Below are positions 36,542-48,587 of a stretch of 64,000 bases of DNA, piece by piece. This DNA is from Eukaryota sp. TZLM1-RC (taxonomy: Eukaryota > Protista > Metamonada: BaSk clade). Location: NCBI GenBank assembly GCA_040285825.1, contig JAUPSS010000009.1, positions 620,001 through 684,000 of the forward strand. The letters run 5' to 3'. Each line of letters starts with the position of its first letter. Position 1 is the first letter of the stretch. Made by a program: the position numbers and the translations under genes. Under the pieces are notes generated by a model. It searched no databases. It was not told where the DNA came from and saw nothing but the letters and a program-made list of their open reading frames with translations.

Positions 36542-38116
36542 ATGAGTGCTCCAACAAAGGAACCGAGTACCCCTCCTTCCTCAACGAGTTCGGATATAGT
36601 TCATCCCACTCCTGGTCAAACGAGTTCGAGTGTTTCACACTCCACTCATATAACGTTGAGTTCGGGTGCAACCCACCCCACTCCAAACATAGACGAGAGT
36701 TCGAGTGTTTCACACTCCACTCATGGAACGTTGAGTTCGGGTGCAACCCACCTCGCTCCACATTTATTTAGTTCGGGTCAACACCCCACTATTATTCATA
36801 CGAGCGGAGATCCTCGACTCCCTCCTCCAAATCCGAGTTCGGGTCAAAACCCCACTCCTAACCTAACTCTTCCGGAGGTAATCCCTCCCAACAACAACGC
36901 CCATTCAACGGCTACCACAGCCTTGACTACGGCCAAAGTCTCGCAGGATAAACCTCCTGCCACTAGCCCAGAGTTAGAGGCGCTTCTCGCCACTTTCTCA
37001 AAAGAAGAAAGTGAGAAACAGGAGCCAACAGACTTTGTGGAGTCTCTCCCTTCAGATACGTCCCTGTACCCAGATTTAGAAAACTGTGATTCAGTACAAA
37101 CCTTAAACGAGACTTTAGAAGGATTCAGGGAAGTTCCCCTCACCTCACAAGTTCGTAAAAACTCTATAGAGCTTCTCGACAAAGAGAGCAAGGAGTTGAA
37201 GAGTAGACCTGCTGAACGCCGAATACGACTATCCCCACTAGACTCCTCTTATAAATCCATCATGTCCAAGCCTCGCGCTGACATATTCGATTTTATCGGA
37301 AAAAAGGCCACCCTCGGCATATATAACTTTAGAATACGGTGGTTGGAGGTCATGGAGTATGGTCGAGACTTCTCTAACAATTTGGATGGACCTGAGAACA
37401 TACACCTCCTCCCAGACTGGTTTAGGCCAGGTTTGGACAAAATTTATGAAGTCAACAGCATATCTGGAGTGGATTATACGGTAGTAAGAGAGGTTTACGA
37501 ATACTACCCTTCGTCATCAAACCCTGATCTCGTTGAGATGAGACCCGCATCTCAGCCGTTCAGGCTAATTTTCGTCGAACAAGGAGTCACCTTCAAACGA
37601 GATCATGCCAACATGAAAACGGCAGTCATCTCCACCTATAGGTCTCCCCCCAATCACCACAATGTACAAATTGGGGACACTTGGGTAAATAACAAGGCTT
37701 TCACCTTCACCCCAATACTAGGTATAGAGGATACGCCTTTTCAAAGCATTAGACCTTTCAGGCCATCCATTCAGCTCAACATTCAAGAGGAATCGAAACC
37801 TCTTCAAAAACTACAAATTGACCAGCTACCGCAGCCTGGTAATCAGGACATTTCCATAGACGTCCTCACTATCCAACCATCGGACTCATCTGTCCCAATG
37901 GAAGAATCGACCTCACATCAAACAGGTCCAGGATTGAGCAGACAAGATTTCTCCTCATCTCGATCAGGAACATTAGCCGGAATCCATGATCCACGTCAAG
38001 TTCTTGACTTAAATCCAAGATTCAGATCCAATCCACATTTTCGAATTAGCAAAGCACCTCAGATTTGCCCATTTTTTCAAATTGGCTCTCAAAAGTTAGA
38101 TCAGAGCAACAACTAG
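36542..38116 (+). CDS. Ser/Thr/Pro-rich ORF of unknown function inside the LTR element
   Basis: 524-aa open frame with a repeated SSSVSHSTH.TLSSGATH unit. It overlaps the integrase frame. Confidence 0.55.
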   Translation: MSAPTKEPSTPPSSTSSDIVHPTPGQTSSSVSHSTHITLSSGATHPTPNIDESSSVSHSTHGTLSSGATHLAPHLFSSGQHPTIIHTSGDPRLPPPNPSSGQNPTPNLTLPEVIPPNNNAHSTATTALTTAKVSQDKPPATSPELEALLATFSKEESEKQEPTDFVESLPSDTSLYPDLENCDSVQTLNETLEGFREVPLTSQVRKNSIELLDKESKELKSRPAERRIRLSPLDSSYKSIMSKPRADIFDFIGKKATLGIYNFRIRWLEVMEYGRDFSNNLDGPENIHLLPDWFRPGLDKIYEVNSISGVDYTVVREVYEYYPSSSNPDLVEMRPASQPFRLIFVEQGVTFKRDHANMKTAVISTYRSPPNHHNVQIGDTWVNNKAFTFTPILGIEDTPFQSIRPFRPSIQLNIQEESKPLQKLQIDQLPQPGNQDISIDVLTIQPSDSSVPMEESTSHQTGPGLSRQDFSSSRSGTLAGIHDPRQVLDLNPRFRSNPHFRISKAPQICPFFQIGSQKLDQSNN

Positions 38117-40256
38117 CCATAAGCAGTAATGATCCATTATTCAAAAACGCTACACTATGCAAAAACACAGAAGTCTGGTTAAATAATAACAATAAAATGA
38201 TAATCCCGATTAAACTAAGAAAAACGGCACTCAACCTAATACACGGTTTAACCCAATCAGGCCACCCCAGCAAAAACGAAAGTCTTCATAAACTTTCCAA
38301 AAGCGATTTCTACTGGCCAAACATGAGAAAAGATCTCATCAAACATATAGAACGTTGCCCTACTTGCCAAAAAACAGCACCAGTAAAGCAATCAAAGACA
38401 CCCTCAACTGGTTCCCTGTGGGCTAACCGCCCTTTCGCAAGATTAAACGTGGATACAATTGGACCACTCAATAAAGACAACAACGATAATAAATATTTAC
38501 TAGTTTTCGTCGATTCATTTACAAGGTATACAATACTTGTACCTTTAAAAGAAATTAATGCCTTAGAAGTAGCAGATGCTTTGATATGGAACGTCTGTGC
38601 TATTTTTGGCATACCTATGTCTATACATAGCGACAATGGCCCTGAGTTCGCCAACGAAATATTTAATTTGCTTTGCCAAAGAATGTCAATTGAAATGTCT
38701 AAATCAATTCCTTACCATTCTGAAAGCAATGGATTGGTGGAAAGAAAACATCGAGATGTGATACAATGTATAAGGAAATTATTAATAGATTACAACGACC
38801 ATGATTCATGGTCCACATATGTACCTATAACTCAACTATTAATTAATTCAACCAGAAGTAGAATCACAAATCACACTCCATACGAACTGATGTTTGGGTC
38901 ATCCATCAGCCCAAGATCAGATCCTGCTAACATCCCAGGAGGCATTTTCGATTTTGAATCCAATGTACCACTTTTGCAAGTCCTCAAATTTAAGAATGAA
39001 CGTCTTCAAAAAAGATGGGAAAAAGCAGAACATCACCAACTATTAAATACACCCAGTCATACGAAAAACTTAGATGAAATTACATTTAATATTGGTGAAT
39101 ATATTCATTTTTTTTTCTCGTAAATTTTTTTATTAAATTGGCTAAATACTACGACAATTCAGAAATTCCTCATGCAACTACTCCACTACTAGTAGTCAAT
39201 ACTCCAAAAAGACACTGAACAACCAGCACACAACCAAAAAGTACATGATTGACATTACTAAGCGGCCGTCTGAGATGCTCCAAGAGCGTTTTAAAGGCGA
39301 CAGCAAGCTTTTCATCGCACATACGATAGTTAGAACCAGCAACAACATCCAATAAGAAGAGTGCGAATTTGATCTCAAGAACAACTAACCAACCCTTCAG
39401 TAAACAGATCACAAACTTTCTACTTCCATTACTAAGCGGCCGTCTAAGAAGCTCCAAGAGCGGTTTAAAGGCGACAGCAAGCTTTTCATGAGAAGAGAAA
39501 TGCGAACATCTGCTGATGGTCAAGTCAAATTGAACAAGAAACAAAATGCTTGTGAGAAGGGAACTAATTTGTCTCCAAATTGATGTTTCGAAGGATGATG
39601 TTATAAGTGGAAGAACATTCAGTAGAGTCAACAAAGAAGGGGGAGACAACGCAGAGCAATATGAAATAATTGTTGAGAAAACAATAGGAGGGCCTGGACC
39701 GTGATAAGGGAGGTCTTCAACAATCATGATGGAGAGGAAGGAAGTTCGACGCGGAAGGCGGGGGGGGGGGGGATTTAAAAAAATATATATTCATCGAAAG
39801 ACTAAACAACCTAATAAATTGCATGGATCTTGGTTAGGCCCATATCTGGTTTTAGAAACCCCTTCCAACTCCACCTTATTAATAAAGAACCTGACGACTG
39901 GTGAACAAACAAAGGTATCAAAAAGGGACTGTAAAATTTACAACGCTGACGATCCTAACGATGTCGATCTACTTAGGGCCGTCGCAGCCACAGATTCAGG
40001 TAAACATGTCATCGAAGAAATCCTTGACGAGTATAATACTGCTCAAGGACCCTTCTGTACTGTTAGATGGTTTGGTGGAGATACTACCGAGGAACCACTC
40101 CATTCTATCAGATATTCAGAAGCGTATCAACGATTTAATAAGAAACCAAATAAAAGAAAACGTAAATCTATTAAATCCAACAACGCAGCTCGGGCTCTCC
40201 CCGTGCCTCAGCAAAAGCGTTATCCGCAAAGGAAGCGGAAGAACAACTGTAAATAA
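38065..40256 (+). pseudogene. retroviral-type integrase with GPY/F motif and chromodomain, split by an insertion
   Basis: H..GH..CPTC zinc domain and VDTIGPL, SDNGPEF, SNGLVERKH (DDE). Removing 39109-39794 rejoins GEYIH|RKTKQPNKLHGSWLGPY in frame; VRWFG..TEEP marks the chromodomain. Confidence 0.9.
39109..39784 (-). mobile_element. SINE-like retroposed insert with 10-bp TSD and A-tail
   Basis: atatattcat at 39099-39108 and 39785-39794. The minus strand starts with a C-tract and ends AATAAA..A8. Confidence 0.8.
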
Positions 40257-41073
40257 TTTTAATTAAGAAAACGGGAGAAGGTAGTGTAGGTATCTCACTA
40301 GTGAGTACCTAAGTATATAGAATAACATTAAATAAAATTATCTTTATCTTAACCCGCCTTAACTAACCCCTACATACACAGCTAGCATAATGCCTAACGG
40401 CAACAAAGGAATCTACTCGATAAGATTGAAGCATTACATGAATTTGGTCCCTGACGTTATTATGCACCTTACTTCTAAATGTAATGAAATGTTTACAGTT
40501 CAAAAGATGAGTAAACAAAAGAGGTTTACCACGTTTACAAGTTAAATGATTGGGCAAATTGTTTGGCCACAGAAAACAACGAAAATGCAAGTTTAAAAGC
40601 CATTCATTGTTTTTTAACAAAAGTCCATAAACAGAGGGAATTGTATAATACCTTATTTGACTTCACAGCTTGTTCAATTTCTGCAATCAGTCGACACAAG
40701 ACTGTCTTCATGTCTTTTGATAACATTCTGCTGCTGATATCCATGCTCTCTATAAGTTGTAATAGAATATTATTTTGCCTTCAAAAGATGGACGGAGAAT
40801 TCTACTTTAGTCCTGATAGTTCACAACACAAATGTTTTCAGTAGTTGTTTTTTGTTATTAATTTCTAGTTTCTCTTGTACAACTTCAGCAGTTCTTGAAA
40901 TAAATGATGTTGTTTCATTCGGCATTTGTTTGGTTTTGTTTCAGTCAATGCGAACAAAGCATCAGAAGATATTTCAAAAGAGACAAGGTCCAAGTGTCTA
41001 CAAGGTCAACTAAAATCTACAAAAGAAATTCATTTATTGTATACAGAAAAGACTAAAAAGTGGAAAACTAAAA

Positions 41074-41889
41074 CTAAGAACTTGTTACGTCAAGCACGTC
41101 ATTATAACGCATTGCTAAATAAGCAGCTAGTGATGGCGGAGTATTTGTCCGACAATACTTCTCCAGTCTGACTTGTTGCTCTTCCTCAGGAAATACTGGC
41201 TTAACAGAGGCTAACTCAATCAGATAGTGTTCTGTATCCACATCGACGTGTTCAGAGAGAATAGTGTAGGCATTGTAAACATGAAACTGTTCACACATAG
41301 TAGTAACTGCAGTAAAGGCAGACATGACTGGGTTGACGTAGTTGTTCGATCCGATAAAATGATCTAGGCAAACCATCAGGGAAGAGTCGATTATGTGGAG
41401 GGCCTGTGTTGAAGAACACAATCCCTTACCACAGAGAAGTTGGCTAAAGAGTAGAACAAATGTTGCCGAATTAATGGTGGATATGTTCCAATCAAATAGT
41501 TCAAGCAACCCAACCTCCGATTGTTTGAGACTAACAGCGTCGAAATGATTACCAGCGAGAGAACAAAGGAAATCAAGGGTGGTAACGTCCACAACCTCGC
41601 CACTCTGTTTGATGGCAACGAGCAACGCAGCTGTTGCAAATCGATGGAGTTGATTATTGGGTATGGCATCGGAATAGATTAAACGTTGGATCAGCGACAG
41701 AGACTGTATGGACGTCCAGTAATCCAACTGGAGGAACTGACAAGCCTCTTTTGCCCACTGGAAGATATCGGTAAGGTGAGAAGGGAAAGAAACCGACTGG
41801 GATGGGAGGCTCACACTGACCTTGGAAATAGCTGACACAATTTGGCGAGCACAAACATCAGGGTCAACACAATGGAAATGGGAAGCCAT
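41074..41889 (-). CDS. cyclin-box protein
   Basis: DIFQW..EAC..LQL, ATAALLVAIK and SEVGLLELFDWNI. The 3' end may be altered by a short intron. Confidence 0.8.
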   Translation of the reverse strand: MASHFHCVDPDVCARQIVSAISKVSVSLPSQSVSFPSHLTDIFQWAKEACQFLQLDYWTSIQSLSLIQRLIYSDAIPNNQLHRFATAALLVAIKQSGEVVDVTTLDFLCSLAGNHFDAVSLKQSEVGLLELFDWNISTINSATFVLLFSQLLCGKGLCSSTQALHIIDSSLMVCLDHFIGSNNYVNPVMSAFTAVTTMCEQFHVYNAYTILSEHVDVDTEHYLIELASVKPVFPEEEQQVRLEKYCRTNTPPSLAAYLAMRYNDVLDVTSS

Positions 41890-42099
41890 CAGAAAATATA
41901 CTGACGTGTGAGAAAAGTTGTGGTTATTATCACATCATCCCTTGCTCACATCATCATTTGGTCCAGAAAACACGTGCTGCCACGAATTGAGATTTCCGTG
42001 TTGATCATCCTTGCTGTTCTGCGCTACTCCCCAAGTTTCCTCGTCGGTTCCGTTTTTCATGAATCCTATTTTTCAAGGGCCAAGACATTTGGCCATTCA

Positions 42100-43250
42100 T
42101 AACCATTTGTATATTCTATCTCGAATCATCACGCAACTTCTTCGCTGTTCATTTTCATGTTGAAGAATAGCTATCAATTCTCTGTCAATTTCTTTTCTGC
42201 CATACAACAGCTCATGCTTTCCATGAGCTTAGACATCAATGTGTTTTTTTCAAAAACAACATCAACTTTATCAATAATAAATCAAAAACTCTGTGATTTA
42301 TGTTGAATTTATAATTCTTCTGTTTGAATATTGGTTGGTTTCGAGATTGTTCGACCACAAGTTATATATACAGAATCTGCTTTATTTTTATTATATAAAT
42401 CAATTTTTCCTATTAACAATCGCTGTCAAATACTGAGCTTGCAACACTCTTAAGCCACCGCTCATGGTGCCTTTCTAACATTTTACTCCATCAGATAACC
42501 GTATACTGGATTGGGTGGTTGGAAACATGTGGTCTTGTGTTTCTAACATTTTGGACTTCTCCAGACTTCCAGAGAATAGATCGTCAAATAATGTTTGTCC
42601 ATATGGTTCTCGTATCAATTGGAAAATATCCTGGACCTACATTGGTTGATAGGAAGGGAACGTGATAAGGTTCCCCCTCTCTACTGGGAATAGATTGAGT
42701 AACCGTAATTGCTGGCTTCAAGAATATCTGAGGATCGTTTTCAACAGCATCTGCAAGAAAATCCACATGAACTGGAAATATATTGTCAACCGGACTTTCA
42801 TCCGTGATTTGATTCTCAATTTGACAAGTAAGTGGTGTTATAAGACCATAAAAAATTCGTCACGTTTATTGTTTGTAATATCATGATGTTGACATAAATC
42901 TAAAACTCGTCATCCACAAGATCCAAAGTATTATCTTATGCAAGTCTTAAGGAATTCCAGTAATCTTTATCATCAACTAAGAACAAGATTTGGAATTGTG
43001 GAAGATTAAATCTAAAAATGAAATCAAAGAAAGCAATGATATTGTGTATTGAGCTCGCTTGTGAATTTCTGCTAACACATCTCAGACAACTGTTTTCTCA
43101 AAATAAACATTCATGAAACTATTGATTTGTGTTTCATAAATATATTTCAGAACTGTTTTCAGAATTTTCAAATATTATAGGGCACATGTGCTCTGAAGCT
43201 CTACTAAAACCATCAGTTAGTTGCAAACTGGTAATTGTGGAAATTGTTGA
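42100..43250 (-). pseudogene. internal fragment of a Fanzor1-type gene (copy 3, related to copy 2)
   Basis: TDGFSRASEHMCP, DFLADAVENDPQIFLK, VGPGYFPIDTRTIWT, NQPIFKQKNYKFN and HELLYG..HENEQ..YKWL are collinear with copy 2. Confidence 0.78.
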
Positions 43251-43862
43251 TGTATATATTTCAGTATTTCACGTCACTCGTTAATAGGAAAAATTGTGCT
43301 TTTTGTTAATAAAAAATGTATTTTATATTTAAAATGCAAATAAAATATTTGATTAGTCTGTTAAGCAAGACTCATCAGCTTGTAAGTTGAATGTTGATTT
43401 CTTTGTTGACAGAGTGTATTGACTTCTCGCACTACCAGGAATATCTGTAGATGTCATACCCAACAGTACAAAAATTCTCTACATCATTAGATGAGTGGAA
43501 ATGTAAATATTGGTCATTCACATGTGTTTTGAATGCTTCTCCATCATCAAAACTTGACAGTGGGTCTTTGTGTGAATTAGCCCCCAGCAATTGACTAACG
43601 CACTCGGACTCGACTCAGATACACCGAGTTCAACTAGACTCCGACTCAATTCTGTTGACTCACGCTCAGACTCGATTCGAGCTTGAGTCGACTGGTGACT
43701 CTGAGTTAATTTTCTTCGTTTAAAGCACCTTGGATGAAACATAAACAAGAAAGCCCGTTTTTTGGATTAACATATTATGATGACACAATTGTGAATCATT
43801 ACATCAGAATTACTGCAAATAAGATCAAACACTTATTTTCATTTATGAATGATATTGCGGTT

Positions 43863-44159
43863 TTATTGCTTTCTCATTTTCGATAAACGGAAGATTATCA
43901 GTTGAAGCAGAAACTTTTTTGAATGACTTCCAAAAAATGGTTCAAGAAAAAACAATGAAAAGATTTGATATTATTTTATGGCGTTCTCGAATTCAATGCG
44001 CCAGTATTAATAGATTACCTCGGTTTTTCAATCGAATAAGAGGAGCTTTAGCTAGACAGCAAGCAGATTACGATTTTGTAGAGAAAAACTTGGTTCAATG
44101 ATATTCGTCCCATTAGTTATGAATTAATTTAATTAAGTGTGTATGTTCAATAAAGATTT
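43863..44159 (+). mobile_element. family A non-LTR 3' fragment with about 22-bp TSD
   Basis: atttatgaatgatattgcggtt at 43841-43862 and 44160-44181. Confidence 0.85.
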
Positions 44160-44282
44160 ATTTATGAATGATATTGCGGTTCTCAAAGAGCACTGCTTGT
44201 TGATTAAAGTGGTTCTAAGTTTAACATCCACAAATCAATTAGACAATAAAATAAAATAAACTATATTAAATCAAAACTAAAA

Positions 44283-46178
44283 CTATTTAAAGTTAACCAA
44301 AGCTTCCTTAAACTCACTAACAGCTTCCTGAATGGTACGTTCTCCATGACCCACGTTATCCCTAGTTCTAATATTGACTGTCTCCTTCTCTTGTTCTTCT
44401 GCTCCGACCACAAGAATATAATTATATTGTTCAAGCTGAGCCTCACGAACTTTCTTTGCTAGTTTTCTATTACTTAAATCAGCATCAACAAAGAAACCTT
44501 CATTGTGAAGTACATCACGTACTTTTTCAGCATAACCATCAAAGGGTGAGGAAACGGGAACAACACATATTTGACGTGGAGAGAGCCAAAAAGGCCACTT
44601 ACCTCCTAAATGTTCCAGAGCCATTGCCATGAATCTTTCTAGTGAACCGAGAATAGCTCTATGGATCATGACTGGTCGATCATACCCTTCCTCAGCATTG
44701 AATGTGAGGTCAAATCGTTCAGGCATATTAAAATCAAGCTGAATTGTTGCACATTGATGTTTACGTTTAAGGGCATCAGTGACATTGATGTCAATCTTGG
44801 GGCCATAAAAAGCACCACCTTGAGGATCAACATCAAAAGCTTTACCAAAGTCCTTTAGACTTTGTGTTAGTTGGTCTTCAGCAGCTTCCCACACGCTGAG
44901 ATCACCCAAGAACTTCTCAGGTCGTGTAGAGAGGACAAACTCAACAGGAAGATCTAGAATTCCATAAACTTCTTCAACAAATCTCAACACACCTAAAACT
45001 TCGTCATAGATTTGATCCCTACGACAAAAGATATGTGCATCGTCTTGGACAAAGCGACGTACTCTGGAGAGCCCCGAGAGAGCGCCAGATGCTTCATTTC
45101 TATGCAATACCCCAAATTCCGCACAACGGAAAGGGAGTTCACGATATGAATGTTTTTGATGTTTAAATAAAAGACAATGGCCAGGACAATTCATTGGTTT
45201 TAAGGCCCACTCGTTTTTATCAACATTTAAAGTAAACATGTCATCCTTATAAAACTGCCAATGTCCCGATGTTATCCATAATGAATGATCAAACATATTG
45301 GGGCACTGTACTTCATCATATCCATATTTGCGGTATAAATTACGAATAAATTGTTCTAATTTTCTATAAATACGAGTTCCATGAGGTAAAAAGAATGGAG
45401 AGCCAGGAGAAAGATCCGAAAAAAAGAATAACTTCTGTTTGCTTCCCAATACTCTATGGTCTCTTTTTGCTGCCTCTTCTAGTATTTTCTGATGTTCTTT
45501 TAGTTGTTTCTTATCAGGAAAAGCAACCCCATAAACTCTTTGCAGCGATTCCTTACTCTGATCACCCCTCCAATAAGCACTTGAACATCTGTTGACCCAA
45601 AAAGCCTTAATGTAACCAGTATCGGGTAAATGAGGACCTCGGCAAAGATCAATGAAAGACCCACATTTATAAACAGTAATGATTTCGTCAGATTGAATTT
45701 GTTCTTGAATTATTTCTAGTTTAAATGGATTGTCCTTGAACATTTCAAGACATTCTTCCTTGGTAGCTTCAATTCGTTCAAAGGGTTGACGTTCCTTCAC
45801 AATGGTCTCACACTCAGCTTGGATACGGGGGAGATCGGAATCAGAAATCTTGCCATCAAAGTGACAATCATAGTAGAAACCCATTTCAACGGCAGGTCCG
45901 ATACAGAGTTTTGCATTAAATACACGTTGAAGAGCTTCACCCAGAACATGGGCAGCAGAGTGCCAAAAGACTTCATGTCCTTCGGGGTCATCAAACTTGA
46001 GAAACTTGATAGAGCAGTTTTCGGTTAGAGGGCGAGTAAGATCGACTACGACATCATTTACCTTGGCAGCAACGACACTTTTAGCAAGAGAATTGGATAT
46101 TGATTTGGCAAGAGCATAAGGGGTAGAGTTAGTCTCAACTTCACGAGTGGACCCATCAGGGAGAGTGACAGTAAGCAT
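44283..46178 (-). CDS. TARS1: threonyl-tRNA synthetase (cytosolic type)
   Basis: TGS domain MLTVTLPDG, FWHSAAH, DLCRGPH, KPMNCPGHC, HRNE.SGAL, AFYGPKID and HRAILGSLER. Confidence 0.97.
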   Translation of the reverse strand: MLTVTLPDGSTREVETNSTPYALAKSISNSLAKSVVAAKVNDVVVDLTRPLTENCSIKFLKFDDPEGHEVFWHSAAHVLGEALQRVFNAKLCIGPAVEMGFYYDCHFDGKISDSDLPRIQAECETIVKERQPFERIEATKEECLEMFKDNPFKLEIIQEQIQSDEIITVYKCGSFIDLCRGPHLPDTGYIKAFWVNRCSSAYWRGDQSKESLQRVYGVAFPDKKQLKEHQKILEEAAKRDHRVLGSKQKLFFFSDLSPGSPFFLPHGTRIYRKLEQFIRNLYRKYGYDEVQCPNMFDHSLWITSGHWQFYKDDMFTLNVDKNEWALKPMNCPGHCLLFKHQKHSYRELPFRCAEFGVLHRNEASGALSGLSRVRRFVQDDAHIFCRRDQIYDEVLGVLRFVEEVYGILDLPVEFVLSTRPEKFLGDLSVWEAAEDQLTQSLKDFGKAFDVDPQGGAFYGPKIDINVTDALKRKHQCATIQLDFNMPERFDLTFNAEEGYDRPVMIHRAILGSLERFMAMALEHLGGKWPFWLSPRQICVVPVSSPFDGYAEKVRDVLHNEGFFVDADLSNRKLAKKVREAQLEQYNYILVVGAEEQEKETVNIRTRDNVGHGERTIQEAVSEFKEALVNFK

Positions 46179-46269
46179 GTTCAAAAAGAGAGAAGTATAG
46201 AGAAGTATAGAGAAGGAATTTGGACAATTGAAGCACAACAAAAAGTAACACATCAACTAAATGGTACTC

Positions 46270-46670
46270 TTCAACTTCACAGATAATGTTGCTTTCCAAA
46301 CGTTATCTAATCAATGCAGTTTACGCTTTGTCTGTTTTCTTCATAGAAAGAGATTTATACATCAGTTCGGACTAACAATTGCTTTAAACCTTCACAATTT
46401 AAACTTGATTTTCATGATAGTAGGCAAAAAGATTGCTAGTGTAATTTCTTTTTTAATTTTTAGGAGCTGGTCTGCAATAGATGGAGCATGTTTTTCACTT
46501 CCAATGCAATCAATTGTTTCAATGAAATAAGGCCATTTAGTTCTGGATCCAGAGAAATTGAGTCATGGTTTTCGTTCAAAATCGGGTCCACCATCAAGAA
46601 CTACATTGCAACTGTCCTTTCACAGTTCTTTGAACATGGTTTTCATTTAGCTTTCAACCTTATGAATTTG
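46270..46670 (-). mobile_element. decayed hAT-type (DUF659-like) transposase fragment
   Basis: Manual translation CNVVLDGGPDFERKP*LNF..YFIETIDCIGSEKHAPSIADQL resembles the first catalytic D region. Confidence 0.5.
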
Positions 46671-46829
46671 TGATTTAATGTGTGGTGTTTAGCACGTGCT
46701 AACCACCAGTGTTGACACATGTGTGCAAAGTACGTGATCCTAGAAGATGACCAAGTGTCTTATGCACCATGATTCGAAATCATTTCCAAGAAATATAAAA
46801 TGGAAAAAGAACCTATTTGTCTTATTTAA

Positions 46830-48490
46830 CTCAAACATTTCTTCATCAAGAGGTGTCAAGCAGGGTGATCCTCTGGGTCCATTTTTCTTTTGCTTAGCAC
46901 TTCAATCAGTTTTAGTAAAATTCAAAATGGATTTTCCTGACATTCATTTTTGTGCTTATGCAGATGATTTGTCACTTATTGGTTCCTTGTCCCTTTTACA
47001 ACAAAGATTACAACATTTTGTTATTCTGTCCCAACAAATTGGGCTAGATATTATATTGCCTAAATGTTTCATTATTGGTAATCAGAATGTTGAGGTAGCA
47101 TTTAATAAGACTTTCTTCCAACTTGTTGATCATGAAGCAGATGCAATTCGTTTTCGTGGCTCATACCTTGGAAACAGTGAAAAAATTAAATCGATTTTGA
47201 CATGCATTTTGGAACAAATTGAAGAGCAACTCTTAGCTATTCAAGAATCAAAAATTGACAAGCATTGAGCGTTTTCAGTCCTGAATGTGTGTGTTTTGGG
47301 TCAAAAATTGATCATTTTCTTCGTTCTTTATCTCCTAGAATTTCACATGATTTTATGCTTTGACATCCAATTTTTGAGGTAATTTGGTGAAAATATGTCC
47401 ACCAAAAATTCCTTATGCATTTTTATTCCTAAATTCGCTGGAGTTGGTTGTTCAAAAGCACAATATTTATGCAAAAGTGCTTTCGTTGGTGGTATGAAAA
47501 ATTTCCTTTTTGAGTGGTAACTCTGGTTTGTTCATATTCCTTTGAATGAATCACATACTTTATTAATTTCTCTTGAAAACATGGTACAAAAACTACCTAT
47601 TGATGTGTGGAATAAGTGTTTTCCTTCAAGTTTGCCTTCAGTACCTTCAAGATCTTTGTCTTATCTTCATCTTGCTGTTGTGAAATTACAGAAGTCTTTT
47701 TTAACTGGTTTTGAAGACCTAGATTTTTCTAAAAGATTTAGTGTGACTAAAATTAATAATCCTGTCTTTGCTGTCTTTTTGTCAGTCTTTCAGAATTGCA
47801 CTAGTTTAATTTCTCAGAAAATAAGGCCATTTGGTCTTCACTTAACAAATGAAGCTTGGAAACAAAACATTCGTTTGAGATTAGGGTTGTATCCAAGTGG
47901 ACTTTTGGATAATTCAGTTTGCATTTGTAACGAAAAACCGTCTGCCAATTTTCGTCATATTGTAAGTTGTAAGAAATTTCTTCAATAACGGTCAGTTCTG
48001 TATAATGCTGTTCGTGATGTGACATATAAAATGTTCACATGTTACAATTTTAGTTGCAAAGTAGAACCGTTGTTGAAGCATTATAGCTATAATAATTTGT
48101 TTGATGAACGTCGAGGTGATTTAGTTGCTCCTTTTGTGGATTCCTCTCAATGATGATGTGTTAGTTAGTTCTAATGGTCACTTCAACAACAAGGCTGAGG
48201 TTCGTAAACGAGACAAATATACTGAGATATTAAATGCTTTAAATAAAAACCTTTGCCCGAAGTTTTCGTTTGTTCCTTTTACCTTCTCGATTTTTGGCAA
48301 CATTGGACAGTCTGCTTTGAACATTCTCAATGATTTTGGTAATTTATGTCGTTCATGTGGAAAAATTTTTCAATGAATTTATGGAGGAATCGAATCATTT
48401 TTGCTTTATACAGAAGTGTTCCCAAATACTTAAATTTAATAATGTACAAGCTGTATAAGGAATCATCAAGAGTTGGCGTAAAAGAATTTT
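46830..48490 (+). mobile_element. RLE non-LTR retrotransposon (family D), decayed
   Basis: SSRGVKQGDPLGPFFFCLAL, AYADD, CICN..HIVSC, RRGD and KRDKY. Confidence 0.87.
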
Positions 48491-48587
48491 GTTTCTTATG
48501 TGTTTTAATTTGTTTTGTTTTGTTTCTTTGTAGAAAATCAAATCTTTAAACTAATAAACTTATCCAACTCAGATTATTCAAGACAAT

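Larger units (their letters stand above)
36450..40374 (+). mobile_element. Ty3/Gypsy chromovirus-like LTR element lacking gag/PR/RT/RNaseH
   Basis: Identical LTR sequence at 36450-36532 and 40285-40367. The 3' LTR is 90 bp (TGTAGG..CCTACA) with a polypurine tract at 40265-40284. Integrase, GPY motif and chromodomain are present. Confidence 0.9.

Noticed and set aside
46179-46256. N-terminal extension of ThrRS in the ORF track
   Set aside because: It is low-complexity upstream sequence; the TGS domain starts at ATG 46178. A targeting peptide cannot be fully excluded.
46682-46740. Palindrome ttagcacgtgctaa as a ThrRS regulatory site
   Set aside because: It is 500 bp from the start and lies between transposon relics, so it is more likely part of an element end.
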